From Acidobacteriota bacterium (GTDB lineage Bacteria > Acidobacteriota > UBA890 > WLXD01), in assembly GCA_963666055.2 (NCBI GenBank), contig CAXWPH010000015.1, positions 1,216,001 to 1,280,000 of the forward strand: a stretch of 64,000 nt of DNA. The letters are read 5' to 3'. Shown here piece by piece: positions 48,234 through 59,293 of the stretch. The notes under the pieces were generated by a model. It made no database searches and was not told where the DNA came from. It worked only from the letters and a program-made list of their open reading frames with translations. The translations under genes were made by a program, and so were the position numbers. How positions within the stretch are numbered: position 1 is the first letter of the stretch; each line of letters starts with the position of its first letter.

Positions 48234-48416
48234 CGCCCGACTTCGACCCCCGCCCGAGTGCCACTCTGGCCCTGTTGACGTGCCCGACCGAGGCCGCGAA
48301 GATCGGCGACTGACAGTTCGCTTTGCGTTCGACAAATTCTTGGGCTCCATGGCCCATGTAAGGAAACACTGGCGGGCCCCGCAAGCTAGCGTGGGTCCCA
48401 ATGTTTTCGGGGTAGC

Positions 48417-49025
48417 ATGCGCATCGCCTCCGACGGTTTTCCGTTCATCTTGCCGCCGGCGCTTATGGCCGCCGGCGCGGTCGCCGCCCAGCTACCCTCG
48501 GTGGCACTTGCCAGCGCGGTTGTCGCGGCGGCGCTAGCGGCTTTCTTTCGCGACCCCGATCGTCTCGTCGTCGCGGTGGCGAACGCCGCACTCTCACCCG
48601 TCGATGGCAGGGTGATAGGTGTGCAGAGCGAGGCCGAGGGTATCTCCATCACGGTTTTCCTATCGCTCTTTAACGTCCACGTGGCGCGCTCACCGATCGC
48701 CGGCGAGTTAGTTAGGTGCGAGGCCAAAGGTGGCGGATACGCTGCGGCGTTTTCACCGCGAGCCGGGCACAACGCGCGTGTGGAGATGGACATAGCCTCG
48801 GACACCGGCACGGTGCGGTTGTCGTTGATGGCAGGATTGGTGGCCCGTCGTGTGCTGCCTTGGGTCGGAGCTCCCGCTGCGTTGCGCCAGGGCCAGCGGA
48901 TCGCGATCATCCGGTTCGGGTCTCGTGCCGAGATCAATCTACCGGCTGGATTCGAGGCTACCGTGCGGGTTGGTGACACCGTGCGCGCCGGTCTCACCAC
49001 CGTGGCCCGGTGCACCGAGGCATGA
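48417..49025 (+). CDS. psd: Phosphatidylserine decarboxylase proenzyme
   Basis: FFRDP, SPVDG, FLSLFNVHVARSP and the RFGSR self-cleavage motif. Confidence 0.9.
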   Translation: MRIASDGFPFILPPALMAAGAVAAQLPSVALASAVVAAALAAFFRDPDRLVVAVANAALSPVDGRVIGVQSEAEGISITVFLSLFNVHVARSPIAGELVRCEAKGGGYAAAFSPRAGHNARVEMDIASDTGTVRLSLMAGLVARRVLPWVGAPAALRQGQRIAIIRFGSRAEINLPAGFEATVRVGDTVRAGLTTVARCTEA

Positions 49026-49813
49026 CCACGTCAATGCCGGAGCACCGCAAGGACCGCAGGCGACGGCGTTTTCGCCGCGGCGTTTTCATGCTGCCGTCGC
49101 TGCTCACTACAGGCACTCTCTTCGCGGGCTACTACAGCATCGTTGCTTCGCTGCAGGGTGAGTATCGATCAGCCGCCATCGCTATCGGGGCTGCCTTCAT
49201 CATCGACGGGCTTGACGGCCGGATCGCCCGCCTCACCAACTCACAAACCGACTTCGGCAAGGCCTACGACTCGCTCGCCGACGTCATCGCCTTCGGGGCA
49301 GCGCCCGCCGTCCTGATGCTGTCGTGGGGCCTTTGGAATCTCGGGCGCGTGGGCTGGCTGGCCAGCTTCTTCTTCCTGGTGTGTGTGGCGCTGCGGCTCG
49401 GACGGTTTGGGGTCGAGGGCGACAGACCCTTCTTCGTCGGGCTCCCCTCGCCTGCAGCTGCCAGCCTGGTGGGTGCTGGGGCTTTCTATTGGCCCGCCCG
49501 CGTCGAGTCCTTGCTGATGGTACGCGTGCTGCTAGCCTGCTTGCTGTTGGTCTCGCTGCTTATGGTGTCGAGACTCCGATACCGTTCCTTCAAGTACTTC
49601 GACCTGCGCCGCCGGCGACCCCATATCGTAATCGTGTTACTGGCCAGCGTGATCGTGCTGATCGTGCTCGACCCGGAAAACGTGCTCCTGCTAACGGCGA
49701 CGACATACGCGCTGTCTGGCCCTGTGGACAAAGCTCTGAGCCGAATCGCTCGCCGGCGCGCGTCGAGGACCCAGCACCGCTCGGCCTCGCACTCTTCGGA
49801 GCCGGGCGCGTGA
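49022..49813 (+). CDS. pssA: CDP-diacylglycerol--serine O-phosphatidyltransferase
   Basis: DGLDGRIAR..FGKAYDSLADVIAFG and FFVGLPSP; overlaps psd. Confidence 0.92.
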   Translation: MTTSMPEHRKDRRRRRFRRGVFMLPSLLTTGTLFAGYYSIVASLQGEYRSAAIAIGAAFIIDGLDGRIARLTNSQTDFGKAYDSLADVIAFGAAPAVLMLSWGLWNLGRVGWLASFFFLVCVALRLGRFGVEGDRPFFVGLPSPAAASLVGAGAFYWPARVESLLMVRVLLACLLLVSLLMVSRLRYRSFKYFDLRRRRPHIVIVLLASVIVLIVLDPENVLLLTATTYALSGPVDKALSRIARRRASRTQHRSASHSSEPGA

Positions 49814-49849
49814 GCCTCAGCTGTGTGCCGCGACCTCGTGCGATCGTAG

Positions 49850-50027
49850 GGATCGCTTGGGCACGGCACGTCACGGCCTCGCGGGGGCCGTCCGTCCAAA
49901 CGATGCCCATGTCCGGGTCGGAGATAGCATCGACGATTTCGATCCGAGCATCGCCGACATCGCGTAAACGGCGCTGCGGGTCTTTCTCCAAACAGCGGCG
50001 CATCACGTGTCGAACGATGGGCGGGGC
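49850..50027 (-). pseudogene. Internal fragment of a Ser/Thr protein kinase
   Basis: PPIVRHVMRRCLEKDPQRRLRDVGDARIEI (kinase subdomain XI). Ends approximate. Confidence 0.7.
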
Positions 50028-50160
50028 GTTAGAGGAGGGACTCTGGGACCTTATTCTACGGCCGGAAGAACGATGCTATGTGTCAACGCGGCCCCACCCT
50101 GGCCGGGTAGTCCGCCGGATCTTTAGCGCCAAGGAAGCAGCCTACAAGGCTTGGTACCCC
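50028..50160 (+). pseudogene. Internal fragment of a 4-phosphopantetheinyl transferase (EntD-like)
   Basis: LILRPEER..RRIFSAKEAAYKAWYP. Ends approximate. Confidence 0.7.
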
Positions 50161-50313
50161 TGCCCCCCTCGCTTTCCGGATCGGTCCGGAATCCGTGTAA
50201 CGCAAAACAGCTCAACAAAAGGCTGAGTTGTCACGGCGCTTACTATAGTGATCGACGTCTCGACGTAACCGTTTGCGTGTGAAGCGTATCCATCGGTCGC
50301 CAAGAGTATAAGA

Positions 50314-50811
50314 ATGCCCGAATCGCACGACATTCGACCAGTCGCCACGGAAGACCACTCCGATTGGCTCACGCTGTGGCAGCACTACCTCGTTTTCTAC
50401 CAGGCGTCACTACCTGAGGTCGCGACGGCGCTGCTGTGGCAGCGATTGCTGGATCCGGTACACCCGTTTCGCTGCTTCGTCGCCGTGGATACGAATACTC
50501 AGCGCCTGGCCGGCATTGTGCACTTCTTCGCACATCCTGATACGTGGGAGTCCGAGCTCATCTGTTACCTGCAAGATCTATACGTCGATGAACCCGCGCG
50601 GGGCGGCGGCGTGGGCGCCGCACTTATCGAAGCCGTTCGCGACGAAGCGGAGCGTTGCGGTTGGTCGGTCGTTTACTGGCAGACCATGCACGACAACACG
50701 CGGGCACGCGGGCTATACGACAAGCTCACCGGCGGGACGGATGGCTTTGTCACCTATCGGCTGAGCCGAGCTCCGCGCCCCGCGGCCACGTCATCGGACC
50801 AATTGGGTTAG
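50314..50811 (+). CDS. GNAT family acetyltransferase
   Basis: CYLQDLYVDEPARGGGVGAALI and NTRARGLYDK. Confidence 0.9.
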   Translation: MPESHDIRPVATEDHSDWLTLWQHYLVFYQASLPEVATALLWQRLLDPVHPFRCFVAVDTNTQRLAGIVHFFAHPDTWESELICYLQDLYVDEPARGGGVGAALIEAVRDEAERCGWSVVYWQTMHDNTRARGLYDKLTGGTDGFVTYRLSRAPRPAATSSDQLG

Positions 50812-50842
50812 GAGCACTGCAAAATGGTCGCGAGATCGTCTG

Positions 50843-51592
50843 TTACTTGAGGCTGCTACGCATTCGCGATCGCGAGTTCGATTTACCCGACAAGCCGCTC
50901 TCTTGTTGATCCGATGCGATCAAGCTCATCGCGAGGCCGCCGTTCGCGTCCGCCTGCACCTGCACCTCGCGCTGGAGGATGCGGTCACCCGCAACTCCCC
51001 ACGCTGTTAGCAGGTACGACCCCTTCGGGATGTCCTCGACGCGAAAGCTCCCCCGATCATTGGCGATCGCCGCATACGGGTGCGAGACCACGAGGATGAG
51101 CGCCATCATCCCCGGGTGCATGTCGCAGCGGACGCTATAGGGGCCCGTCTGCTCGAACCGGTGCTCGATCTCGTCGTCGTGCCTCAGGTCAACGTTGATG
51201 ACCACGGCCTGTGTCTGCGTCTGCGTCACGCGCACGTTGTGCTCGGTGTCGTCGCCGTTGCCGAACCGCACCTGCTGACCTCTCGCGGCGATCGCCATCC
51301 GCGGATAGAAGGTGCGGGCGAACTGCTCGATCACGATCGCCGCTGCCGGCACCTCGCGTTCCGGTGCAACCGACGCTGCCTCTGCGAGGGGCTCCAGCGA
51401 TACGACCGCCGGGCCGAGCCCATCGGGGAGCGTCGCGAGCAGCGTTGCCGCCGCCGCGTCGGGTGCAGCCGACCTGTCGGGCTCGGGACCGGCCGATCGC
51501 GAGCCGCCGGGAGCACACGACACCAGGACGAGCGTGATAACCGTCGACCCCACCATCGGCCGTCGTTCCCGGGGAGCACGTCGCGAGTTCAT
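50843..51592 (-). CDS. Cupredoxin-like putative lipoprotein
   Basis: LVLVSC lipobox-like sequence; HNV..CDMHPGM type-1 copper ligands. Confidence 0.75.
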   Translation of the reverse strand: MNSRRAPRERRPMVGSTVITLVLVSCAPGGSRSAGPEPDRSAAPDAAAATLLATLPDGLGPAVVSLEPLAEAASVAPEREVPAAAIVIEQFARTFYPRMAIAARGQQVRFGNGDDTEHNVRVTQTQTQAVVINVDLRHDDEIEHRFEQTGPYSVRCDMHPGMMALILVVSHPYAAIANDRGSFRVEDIPKGSYLLTAWGVAGDRILQREVQVQADANGGLAMSLIASDQQESGLSGKSNSRSRMRSSLK

Positions 51593-51737
51593 GCCGCGAA
51601 GTCTAACGAACTGTCGGTCTTCCAGTCAGCGGGCACGGCGTGTGAGTCCGGCGCGTCTGCCGCCCGGATCGGTCGGGATCCCGCTTGACAGTACCGTCGT
51701 TGCGGTGGATTTGATCTGGCATTGGACCTGGAACTGA

Positions 51738-52625
51738 TCAGCGGCCGCGGGCCATGAACGCGTCGACCTCGGCGGCGCGATAAGGCAAGCCGCTGCTGAG
51801 GACCTCGTGACCGTCTTGTGTCACGACGATCATGTCCTCTAGGTAGAAGGCATCGGGGCCCACCGAGACCATGGGCTCGTAGGCGAGCACCGTGCCGGCG
51901 CGCAGCACCGGAAGCGCCTCCTCGCCACTCTCGATCCCGACGCCGTGCAGGTGCCATGCGGCGTCCACATCCAGGAGCACGGCGGCCTGTCGGGCCCCGT
52001 CAGAGCTCAGGGACGGCGTCAACTCGCGCACCCGCGCCCGGCTCGCGGCCCGGACCTCGGCGACCGTTACGCCGTCGGCGATGACCTCGAGACCGGCGAG
52101 GTACCCCTCGATGAGCAGATCCCAGACGTCCGCCTGGGCCGCATCGAAATGCCCGCTCACCGGCAGCGTGCGCCCGATGTCGGCTCCGTAGCCGGACCCC
52201 GCGCAACCGATATCGAGGCGCACCAGCTCTCCGGGCCGCATCTCACGATCGAGGTGCTCGTAGCTGTAGGAGGAGCGCACGAGCTCGTCCAGATGTGCGT
52301 TGGGTCCGGACATGCTCCAGGGCCAAAAGGACGGTCCCTGGCCGTCGGCCTCCAGGCAGGCCGACACGACGGCGGCCTCGACACGACGCTGTGTGGTTCC
52401 CGCGTCGATGCGTCCGGCCGCGGCCCTAAAGGCGGCAACGGTAGCCTGTGCGTTGGCGCGGAGCAGCTCCACCTCGGCGCTCGATTTCACCCAGCGAAGC
52501 TCCCGGATCACCCTGCAGTGCCGAGGCGATAGTCGCCTCCGGAAAGGCCTCCTCGAGGGCAGTGCGCCACAGCGCCATGGGCCCCGCTACCGGGCGCAAG
52601 CCCGCCGGCGAGCCGGTCGACTCGA
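51738..52625 (-). pseudogene. Xaa-Pro aminopeptidase (M24), 5-prime truncated and probably frameshifted near 52512
   Basis: LRWVKSSAEV, DIG..ADIGRT, HGVG, YEP and LED. Upstream coding-like sequence lies in another frame. Confidence 0.7.
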
Positions 52626-52629
52626 CCCG

Positions 52630-53920
52630 GCGGGCTTCACTGGCGATACCTGGGAATGGGATGGGAAACAGTGGAGGCAGGTAGCCTCGTCGGGGCCCTC
52701 GTCGCGAGTCGCTTCGATGGTCTACGACAGCGCGCGTGGGGTGAGCGTTCTGTTCGGGGGTATAGGCGATTCGAGCTTTAGTGACACCTGGGAGTGGGAC
52801 GGCAAAAGCTGGGCCCAAGCTAGCTCGACCGGACCTAGTCAGCGCTTCAACACGGCCATGGCCTACGATGAACGACGCGGCGTGAGCGTTCTGTTCGGAG
52901 GCTCGACTACCGGCGCGAACGGCTTGGGTGACACCTGGGAGTGGGATGGCGACAGCTGGACCCAGGTCAGTGATGGCGGGCCGCCGGCTCGCCATCTGCA
53001 CGCGATGGCCTACGACAGCAGGCGCGGCGTGGTGGTCCTGTTTGGAGGCGAGCGCTTCGGAACGAAGTTTGACGACACCTGGGAGTGGGACGGGAATAAG
53101 TGGAATCAGGTCGATGTCGGCGGTCCGCCGCCCCGCGCGTTTTCCGGGATGGCCTACGATGCTGCGCGCGGCCAGATGGTGGTCTTTGGAGGCAACGCTG
53201 GAGACGGCGATCTGGGGGATACGTGGATCCTGCGTTCGGGCATCTCCTCGGCGCACTCCGACTACACCGGTGACGGCAGCACCGATCTCGGTGTCTACAA
53301 CGCCAACACCCGCCGTTGGAACATTCAGGGCAAGAGAAAGAAGGTCAAGTTCGGCGCGCCGAATGCGCTACCGGTTCCAGGCGATTACGACGGCGATGGC
53401 AAGACTGATGCAGCCTACTTTGATGCGGCCAACAGCCTCTGGAAGGTACGCAACCAGTTCACCGTCGCAGACTTCGGCCAAGCAGGGGATCTGCCCGCCC
53501 CGGGCGACTATGACGGCGACGGCAAGACCGACCCGGCGTTTTTCCGACCCGCTACCGGGACCTGGCACATCGCCGAAGGAGCGGACTTGGAGGGTGCCGG
53601 AGCCGCCACGGCGACCGGTGTGGCCGATTCGTCGCTGAGGCGAGTCGAGGAGGTGTCGTTCGGGCAGATGGGCGATGTCCCGATACCGGGTGACTATGAC
53701 GGCGATGGGATCTCCGATTTGGCCGTCTATCGCCCTTCGGGGAGCCTGTGGATCATCAAAGATCAGGGGCAGTTCAAGTTCGGCAAGAGCGGCAGCATTC
53801 CGGTGCCGGCCGACTACGACGGCAATGGCACCACCGACGCCGCGGTGTGGATCCCCACGACAGGCCAATGGCTGGTGCGCCGCGGCGCCAAGGCCAGATT
53901 CGGTCAGCTGGGCGACGCCA
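52630..53920 (+). pseudogene. Kelch-like + FG-GAP/VCBS repeat protein fragment
   Basis: Four DTWEWDG..MAYD..VLFGG repeats followed by five GDYDGDG.TD-type repeats. No proper start, and it breaks off mid-repeat. Confidence 0.8.
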
Positions 53921-54508
53921 ATCGCGAGCCCACACAATTTCGGAGAACGAGCGGGAGTCGAATCCTTGGCGGACGCAATGCTTACCGGATTTCGAGTCGG
54001 ATGAAGACTGATGCTGGCCGTTTCTCCTGATCTCGTTACTGCGGCTGAACTTCGCGCCACTCGTTGAAGTTATGGGACTTATGAACGGTTGGAATGTGTG
54101 GATGAGGTCGGGATTCTGGAGCCTATAGCCCCGGAACTGCTACCCGAACTGCTACGCGAGATCCCTCGGTAATGGCCGGAGCAGTCCCGCGCACTGGTTC
54201 CGTAGACGGCAGGCCGCGGGGAGCGCAGGGACAATTCGGGGACAGGGCCACACATCGTTCGCGTGCCGTAGCCGATCCCAGTGGCACGCGCGACGTGACC
54301 AGCGCAACGACACCCCAGCATCTTTGTCTCTCGAGCCCAGCCATCTGGCATTCGCTGGTCACGATCGGGCAGATCATCGGCTCTAGCGAAATGCTGCGGG
54401 AGGAAGCCGACACCCCACACTGTTTTCCCGCGCGTGAGCCGTTCGCCCTTGGCGGTTCTGCGAGGGCGTATGTACTGTAGGAGCTCCGTCGGCGTGGAGG
54501 AGATTCGG

Positions 54509-55579
54509 ATGAGCACGGAACGACGTACCTGGCTCCGATTCGGGCCGTCGATCATTGCGCTGGCGATCCTGACATCGTTGATGGCACTCGGAGCTTCGAA
54601 CGCCCAGGAGACCGCCACAGCCTCTGCGACGTGGGAGGTGCCCAGGACACGCGACGGTCACCCGGACCTGCAGGGCAACTGGACCAACGCGACGCTGACG
54701 CCCATGGTGCGGCCGGAAGGACAGGGACCCGTGCTCACGCGGCAACAGGTCATGGCGATCGAGCAGATGCAGGCGGATGCGGTCGAGCGGGGCGCGGCGC
54801 CGAGCGATCCCGACCGTCCGCCGCCGCCGGCCGGGGGTGACGACCCGGAATGCATCGATACCGCGACCGGCTGCTACAACGAGGTCTACCGTGAGCCTGG
54901 CGAACGCGTGGCGGTCGTGAACGGCGAGCCACGCAGCTCGCTGATCACCGTCCCGGCTGACGGCCGGCCGCCAACTCTCACCGAGGAAGGCGAGCGACGC
55001 GTCCAGGCGCGGCGCGATTTTCGCGCACAGTTCGGGCGGCGAGACCATCCGGAGCTACTGCACGTGGGGCAGCGCTGCCTGGTTTCATTCGGGTCGAACG
55101 CCGGCCCGCCGATGTTGCCCAACTACTGGTACAACAACAACTACACGATCGTGCAAGCTGCCGACCACGTGATGATCATGACCGAGATGGTGCACGACGT
55201 GCGCGTCATCCGCCTCGGCGACCACAAGCGGTTGCCGACGGCGTTGCGGCCGTGGTTCGGCGATTCGTGGGGGCGCTGGGAGGGCGACACGCTGGTGGTC
55301 GAGACCACCAACCTCAACCCCGACCAAACGCTGAGTGGAGTGCCGCCTACGACGGAGCGTCGCGTCATCGAGCGCTTCACCCGCGTGGACGAAGACACCA
55401 TCCACTACGAGTTCACGATCGACGACCCGACGATGTACACGGCCGCCTGGGGAGGCGAGGTCCCCTTCGAGCGCTTCAACGACCTGCTGTACGAGTACGC
55501 CTGCCACGAGGGCAACTACTCGATGGCCAACGTGCTGAGCGGCGCCCGCTACGAGGAACAGACCGAGGAGCGCCGCTAG
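54509..55579 (+). CDS. Exported conserved hypothetical protein (GHPDLQGNW...YACHEGN family)
   Basis: Signal peptide, PRTRDGHPDLQGNW, WFGDSWGRWEGDTLVVET and YEYACHEGN. Confidence 0.8.
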   Translation: MSTERRTWLRFGPSIIALAILTSLMALGASNAQETATASATWEVPRTRDGHPDLQGNWTNATLTPMVRPEGQGPVLTRQQVMAIEQMQADAVERGAAPSDPDRPPPPAGGDDPECIDTATGCYNEVYREPGERVAVVNGEPRSSLITVPADGRPPTLTEEGERRVQARRDFRAQFGRRDHPELLHVGQRCLVSFGSNAGPPMLPNYWYNNNYTIVQAADHVMIMTEMVHDVRVIRLGDHKRLPTALRPWFGDSWGRWEGDTLVVETTNLNPDQTLSGVPPTTERRVIERFTRVDEDTIHYEFTIDDPTMYTAAWGGEVPFERFNDLLYEYACHEGNYSMANVLSGARYEEQTEERR

Positions 55580-55605
55580 GCTCGGCGCCAATCCGACTCC
55601 ACCGC

Positions 55606-55662
55606 GCCGCCCGCGCCGAGCGGTTCGATGATCTCGTAGTGGCCGAGCGTCTTGCCGATCAT
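55606..55662 (-). pseudogene. N-terminal stub of a Ser/Thr protein kinase
   Basis: MIGKTLGHYEIIEPLGAGG, cut off inside the Gly-rich loop. Confidence 0.7.
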
Positions 55663-55744
55663 CCTCTTCAACTCACTGGATGTAGCCAAGTGCCCGAAGA
55701 GTGCGTAGTTGCTCAGGCGTCAGTGGGGCACCATCGGATCGTGT

Positions 55745-56414
55745 GGGCTCCCCATCGCTCATCAATGACTTCGATCAAACTGCTGAACTCACCGGTCTCG
55801 GGATCGACATAGAACTCATCTAGAATCACCGGCCGCGGTTCCCAGCCTTTCTCCCCCAGCAGCAATGGTGCCAGCGATTGCCCCTGCACCACCTCGGGCA
55901 TGGAAAGACCCGCCAGGTCCAGGATCGTCGGCAACATGTCGATCATCGACACCGGCTGGCTGAAGCGCTGCCCTGCGGCAATGCGTTCGGGCCACACAAC
56001 GATCAACGGGATACGCGTCACCGAGGGCCTGAACATAGGACCCCAGCAGCGGGGCGGTAGAGGATCCAGCAGACCGAGGTAGAAGTTCTTCTACCCGGCG
56101 GCAACACCATGGTCGGCCGCGACGATCAACAGCGTCTGATCCCACTCACCGGTAGCCTTGAGGCGTTCGACGAGCTGGCCAAGCTGAAAGTCTTGGTGGG
56201 TCATGGTCTCATCGTACAGACCACGAACGATGTCGAAGTAGGCGAGCCGGCTGATACCGGTCTTCTCAAAAGAGGCCGAGTAGGGACCGGCCACTGTCGA
56301 TCTCGAACTGGGGTAATCGCCACCCGCCGCTCGCAGCTGTCGCATCCAGTCCTCGTGGGTCGCTCGCTGGTCGGGGCTAACGAACAGGCCGGCGAATGGA
56401 GCCAGGGGCTGGTG
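55745..56414 (-). pseudogene. Sulfatase-like fragment with an in-frame amber stop
   Basis: LYDETMTHQD..LIVAADHG..TRIPLIV..VSMIDMLPTIL..QGQSL, with TAG at 56091-56093 in frame. Both ends missing. Confidence 0.8.
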
Positions 56415-56605
56415 TGCGATTGCCCGGTGGCGAGTTCGAGACCCATCTGGCCCGAGTGCGCGCCAACCTGCACTTCTCGGATCGAGTGCTGATCGACTCG
56501 CTCGCACAGTACAGCACGATTAGCGACCAGGTATCGCTGTTCGCGCGGCTGCGGTACATCTACCGCACCGGGCGACGACTTCTACCTCGTCTATCGACAG
56601 ACGAC
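56414..56605 (+). pseudogene. C-terminal fragment of a beta-barrel protein (DUF5916-like), frameshifted
   Basis: VRLPGGEFETHLARVR..SLAQY..ARLRYIYRTG, then DDFYLVY in a shifted frame. Confidence 0.55.
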
Positions 56606-56618
56606 CGCTTACGAGGGC

Positions 56619-56852
56619 GTGTTCGTTGTCTGGCTCGTGCACCCGGACGCTCGCGAGGGCATCGACTTCGATCCCGACAACGTCAAGGCGCTCTGGCACG
56701 TGACGATCCAGGAGGACATCTGGATCACCGAAAACAACCACGCCGGCATCGAGTCCGGCGCCTACACAGCAGGTCGATACTCCAGCCACGAGGGCGGCTG
56801 CTCCGGTTTCATCAGCCGGTACATGAAGGAGATCGTCACGGCTGGGGACTAA
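56619..56852 (+). pseudogene. C-terminal fragment of a paralog of the 40873 Rieske oxygenase
   Basis: VWLVHPDAREGIDFDPDNVKALWHVTIQEDIWITENNHAGIES..YMKEIVTAGD is nearly identical to the last ~75 aa of 40873-42420. Confidence 0.9.
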
Positions 56853-56915
56853 CGCGTCCGAAGTGCTCGTCACAGCAACCCGGGTATGAGACGAGTGGCC
56901 CTGGAGAGCGGTTGC

Positions 56916-58070
56916 TCAGGTGGATCGAGCGAGGATCTCGTTCAGGCGATCGCCCACAGTCAGCTCCTGGCCGTGGAGCATCACGTCAACGGCCACGACG
57001 AGACTCTCATCGTGAACCATCGTCGCGATGCTCGGCTCACCCCGCAGCAGGGCATCGTTGACCGCTTGGGCTGTGGTGTTCGAGTTGGCGTCGAAGGTCA
57101 GGGCGACGCAGTTCACCGGTCGCTCGAGTAGAGTTTCCTCCATCGTGAAGTAGCGTGCCCGCGCTGTGACTCCCTGGACCTCTTCGAGTCGTGCACGTTC
57201 GAGCAACCGATCGACTCTCTCCGCATAGCCCGCCCAGCGTTGCGCCGGGTCGACTGACAGCCACTCTTGCAGCGCTACGACTACACCAACGATGATCTGG
57301 CGGTCCAGCTTGAAGGGTCGCCCGAAGGTTCTGTAGTCGCCTGATTCGAACCCCGTGAAATCGAGACCGGCGACCGCGTCGATCAAGTCCTTGCGGCCGC
57401 AGATGAAACCTCCGGAGTTGGGGCCGCCGAAGTACTTGGCACTGAAACAGACCAGGTCGGCCCCCGCGGTACTGAAGCTTTGGATCGTCTCGGCCGAGTC
57501 GATCTTGTAGGCGGCGTCAACCAGCGTCGGAACGCCATGCATTCGGCTGAGCGCTGCGACTTCGGCGAGCGGCAGTGTTCCCGCTAGCCCATCGAGATGC
57601 GCCGGGAACACCACCACGGCGGTATTCCGGTCCAGGCTGGCTTTCAGCTGCGCGGCGGTCGTTTCATTTTCGTCGCCAACCTGGTGCAGGGTGGCACCGG
57701 TCATCCGCGCACAGCGGTCGTACATGTAATGGTGCGCCTGCTGGATGACGATCCGATCGGGCATGCCCGTAGTGTCGGGCAGTTGCTCCCATTTTCGTCC
57801 ATCGATGCCGGTCATGCAGGCGGCGGTCCCCAACGTAATTGCGGCGGAGGCGCCGGAAGTGACACGCGCCGCCTCTGCGCCGGCGATCTCAGCGAGGGTC
57901 TCGCCGGATCGGTCGAGCAACTCCGCCATGTTGACGAATGACTGGTTGCTCTCCTCCATCGCCGCCCATACAGCTGGCGAGAGAATGGAGCCGCCGAGAC
58001 CCGTATAGACACCACAGGCATTGATGACGGGCGTAACCCCGAGCGTTTCGTACAGGCGGTTCTGGTCCAT
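56916..58070 (-). CDS. SelA/DgaE-like PLP-dependent enzyme
   Basis: INACGVYTGLGGS, LVDAA, FSAKYFGGPNSG and GRPFKL. Confidence 0.85.
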   Translation of the reverse strand: MDQNRLYETLGVTPVINACGVYTGLGGSILSPAVWAAMEESNQSFVNMAELLDRSGETLAEIAGAEAARVTSGASAAITLGTAACMTGIDGRKWEQLPDTTGMPDRIVIQQAHHYMYDRCARMTGATLHQVGDENETTAAQLKASLDRNTAVVVFPAHLDGLAGTLPLAEVAALSRMHGVPTLVDAAYKIDSAETIQSFSTAGADLVCFSAKYFGGPNSGGFICGRKDLIDAVAGLDFTGFESGDYRTFGRPFKLDRQIIVGVVVALQEWLSVDPAQRWAGYAERVDRLLERARLEEVQGVTARARYFTMEETLLERPVNCVALTFDANSNTTAQAVNDALLRGEPSIATMVHDESLVVAVDVMLHGQELTVGDRLNEILARST

Positions 58071-58153
58071 CCGTTATGGCCTCTCGTCGCTTCTCGAACG
58101 TGTTCGGGGTGGGTGGATAGCGCGATTGGAGGTGCGGGCGGCGCTAGTAGCCT

Positions 58154-59293
58154 CTAGTACGTGGTCACCTGGTCGATGATGGTCAGGGCTCGCTCAATGT
58201 CCTCCTCGCCGTTGAAGAGGTGAGGCGAGAATCGGACGAAGTCGTTGCGTGGCGACGCCAGCACTTTCTTCGCCTTGAGACGTCGTGCGATCTCTGGATT
58301 GTCGCCCTCGAAACGCGCCGCCACGATGGCGCTTCGCTCTGAGATCTCTTCTGGAGACAAGACCTGAACGCCACGTTCCAACAGGCCGTTCCTGAACATC
58401 GAAGCACTGTTTTGATTGTGTTCGGCGATCCTGTCAATCGATACGTCCAGCAGATATGCGAGTGATTCGCAGGCCGCGATGGCGGCCCCGTAGGACATCG
58501 TGCTGAATTCGAATCGGCTTGCCGAAGGCGGATACTCCAGTCGATCGGCTTGGAAGCTCCACATGTCGACGTGGCTGCGCCATCCGACGATTCCGGGGTT
58601 GAGGGTCTGCAGCGCAGGCGCCACATACATCACGGCCGCCCCGAAGGGTCCGCATAGCCACTTGTACGTCGAACAGGTGACCGCGTCGATGCCCATCGCC
58701 TGCGCGTCAATGGGCACCTGGCCGGCGGATTGGGTTGCATCGACGATCAGCAAGGCGCCGTGCTCGTGCGTGGCTTTCGCGATTCTCTGCAGGTCGTATC
58801 GTTGGCCGGCGCCGTACTCGACGTGCGACAGGCACACGACCGCGACATCGTCCTGGATCGCGGCCAGTATTTCATCCGTGTTGACGTATTGATCTTCCGC
58901 AGCTACCCAGCGGATGTCGGCACCTGTGTGCGCGGCGACTCGTACCCAGGGGTAGATCGTGCTCGGATGGCATATGCGTGTCGCAACGATGCGCGTGCCT
59001 TTTTCCGGGGCGACGGCCCAAGCCAGAGAGCTCATCAGGATGGTCTCGCTCGACCCGATTGCGATGTCCTCGGGCCGGCCGTTGAACAGCCTGGCAGCCT
59101 CCCGGTGGAAGTTGATGAAGACGCTCTCTTCGTCCGACTCGTCGAAGGACCCAGTGCCTTCTTTGGCGAGTCGCCGCTGCCAGTCGATCGCAGAGGCCGC
59201 CGCGTCACGATGCATCAGCGCAATCGAGGCGGAGTCGAGGTACGTCGACGTTGCAGCGGCGGGGAAGACGTCGGTCCCTGCTAGCGGCTTCAT
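58154..59293 (-). CDS. Class V PLP enzyme (cysteine desulfurase / kynureninase / C-S lyase-like)
   Basis: YLDSAS, VDATQSAG, STYKWLCGP and RFSPHLFN. Confidence 0.85.
   Translation of the reverse strand: MKPLAGTDVFPAAATSTYLDSASIALMHRDAAASAIDWQRRLAKEGTGSFDESDEESVFINFHREAARLFNGRPEDIAIGSSETILMSSLAWAVAPEKGTRIVATRICHPSTIYPWVRVAAHTGADIRWVAAEDQYVNTDEILAAIQDDVAVVCLSHVEYGAGQRYDLQRIAKATHEHGALLIVDATQSAGQVPIDAQAMGIDAVTCSTYKWLCGPFGAAVMYVAPALQTLNPGIVGWRSHVDMWSFQADRLEYPPSASRFEFSTMSYGAAIAACESLAYLLDVSIDRIAEHNQNSASMFRNGLLERGVQVLSPEEISERSAIVAARFEGDNPEIARRLKAKKVLASPRNDFVRFSPHLFNGEEDIERALTIIDQVTTY

Noticed and set aside
48357-48390. TGTAAGGA upstream of psd as a fifth ECF promoter
   Set aside because: No GCACTCA-like -10 element at the required spacing.
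56091-56093. In-frame TAG in the sulfatase as pyrrolysine or stop-codon recoding
   Set aside because: TAG is a normal stop for many genes here, no pyl genes are seen, and the gene is truncated at both ends.
56916-58070. SelA-like gene plus selenium-binding protein as selenocysteine machinery
   Set aside because: The protein is short and DgaE-like, no selB/selC/selD or in-frame TGA was noticed, and the two genes are ~48 kb apart.
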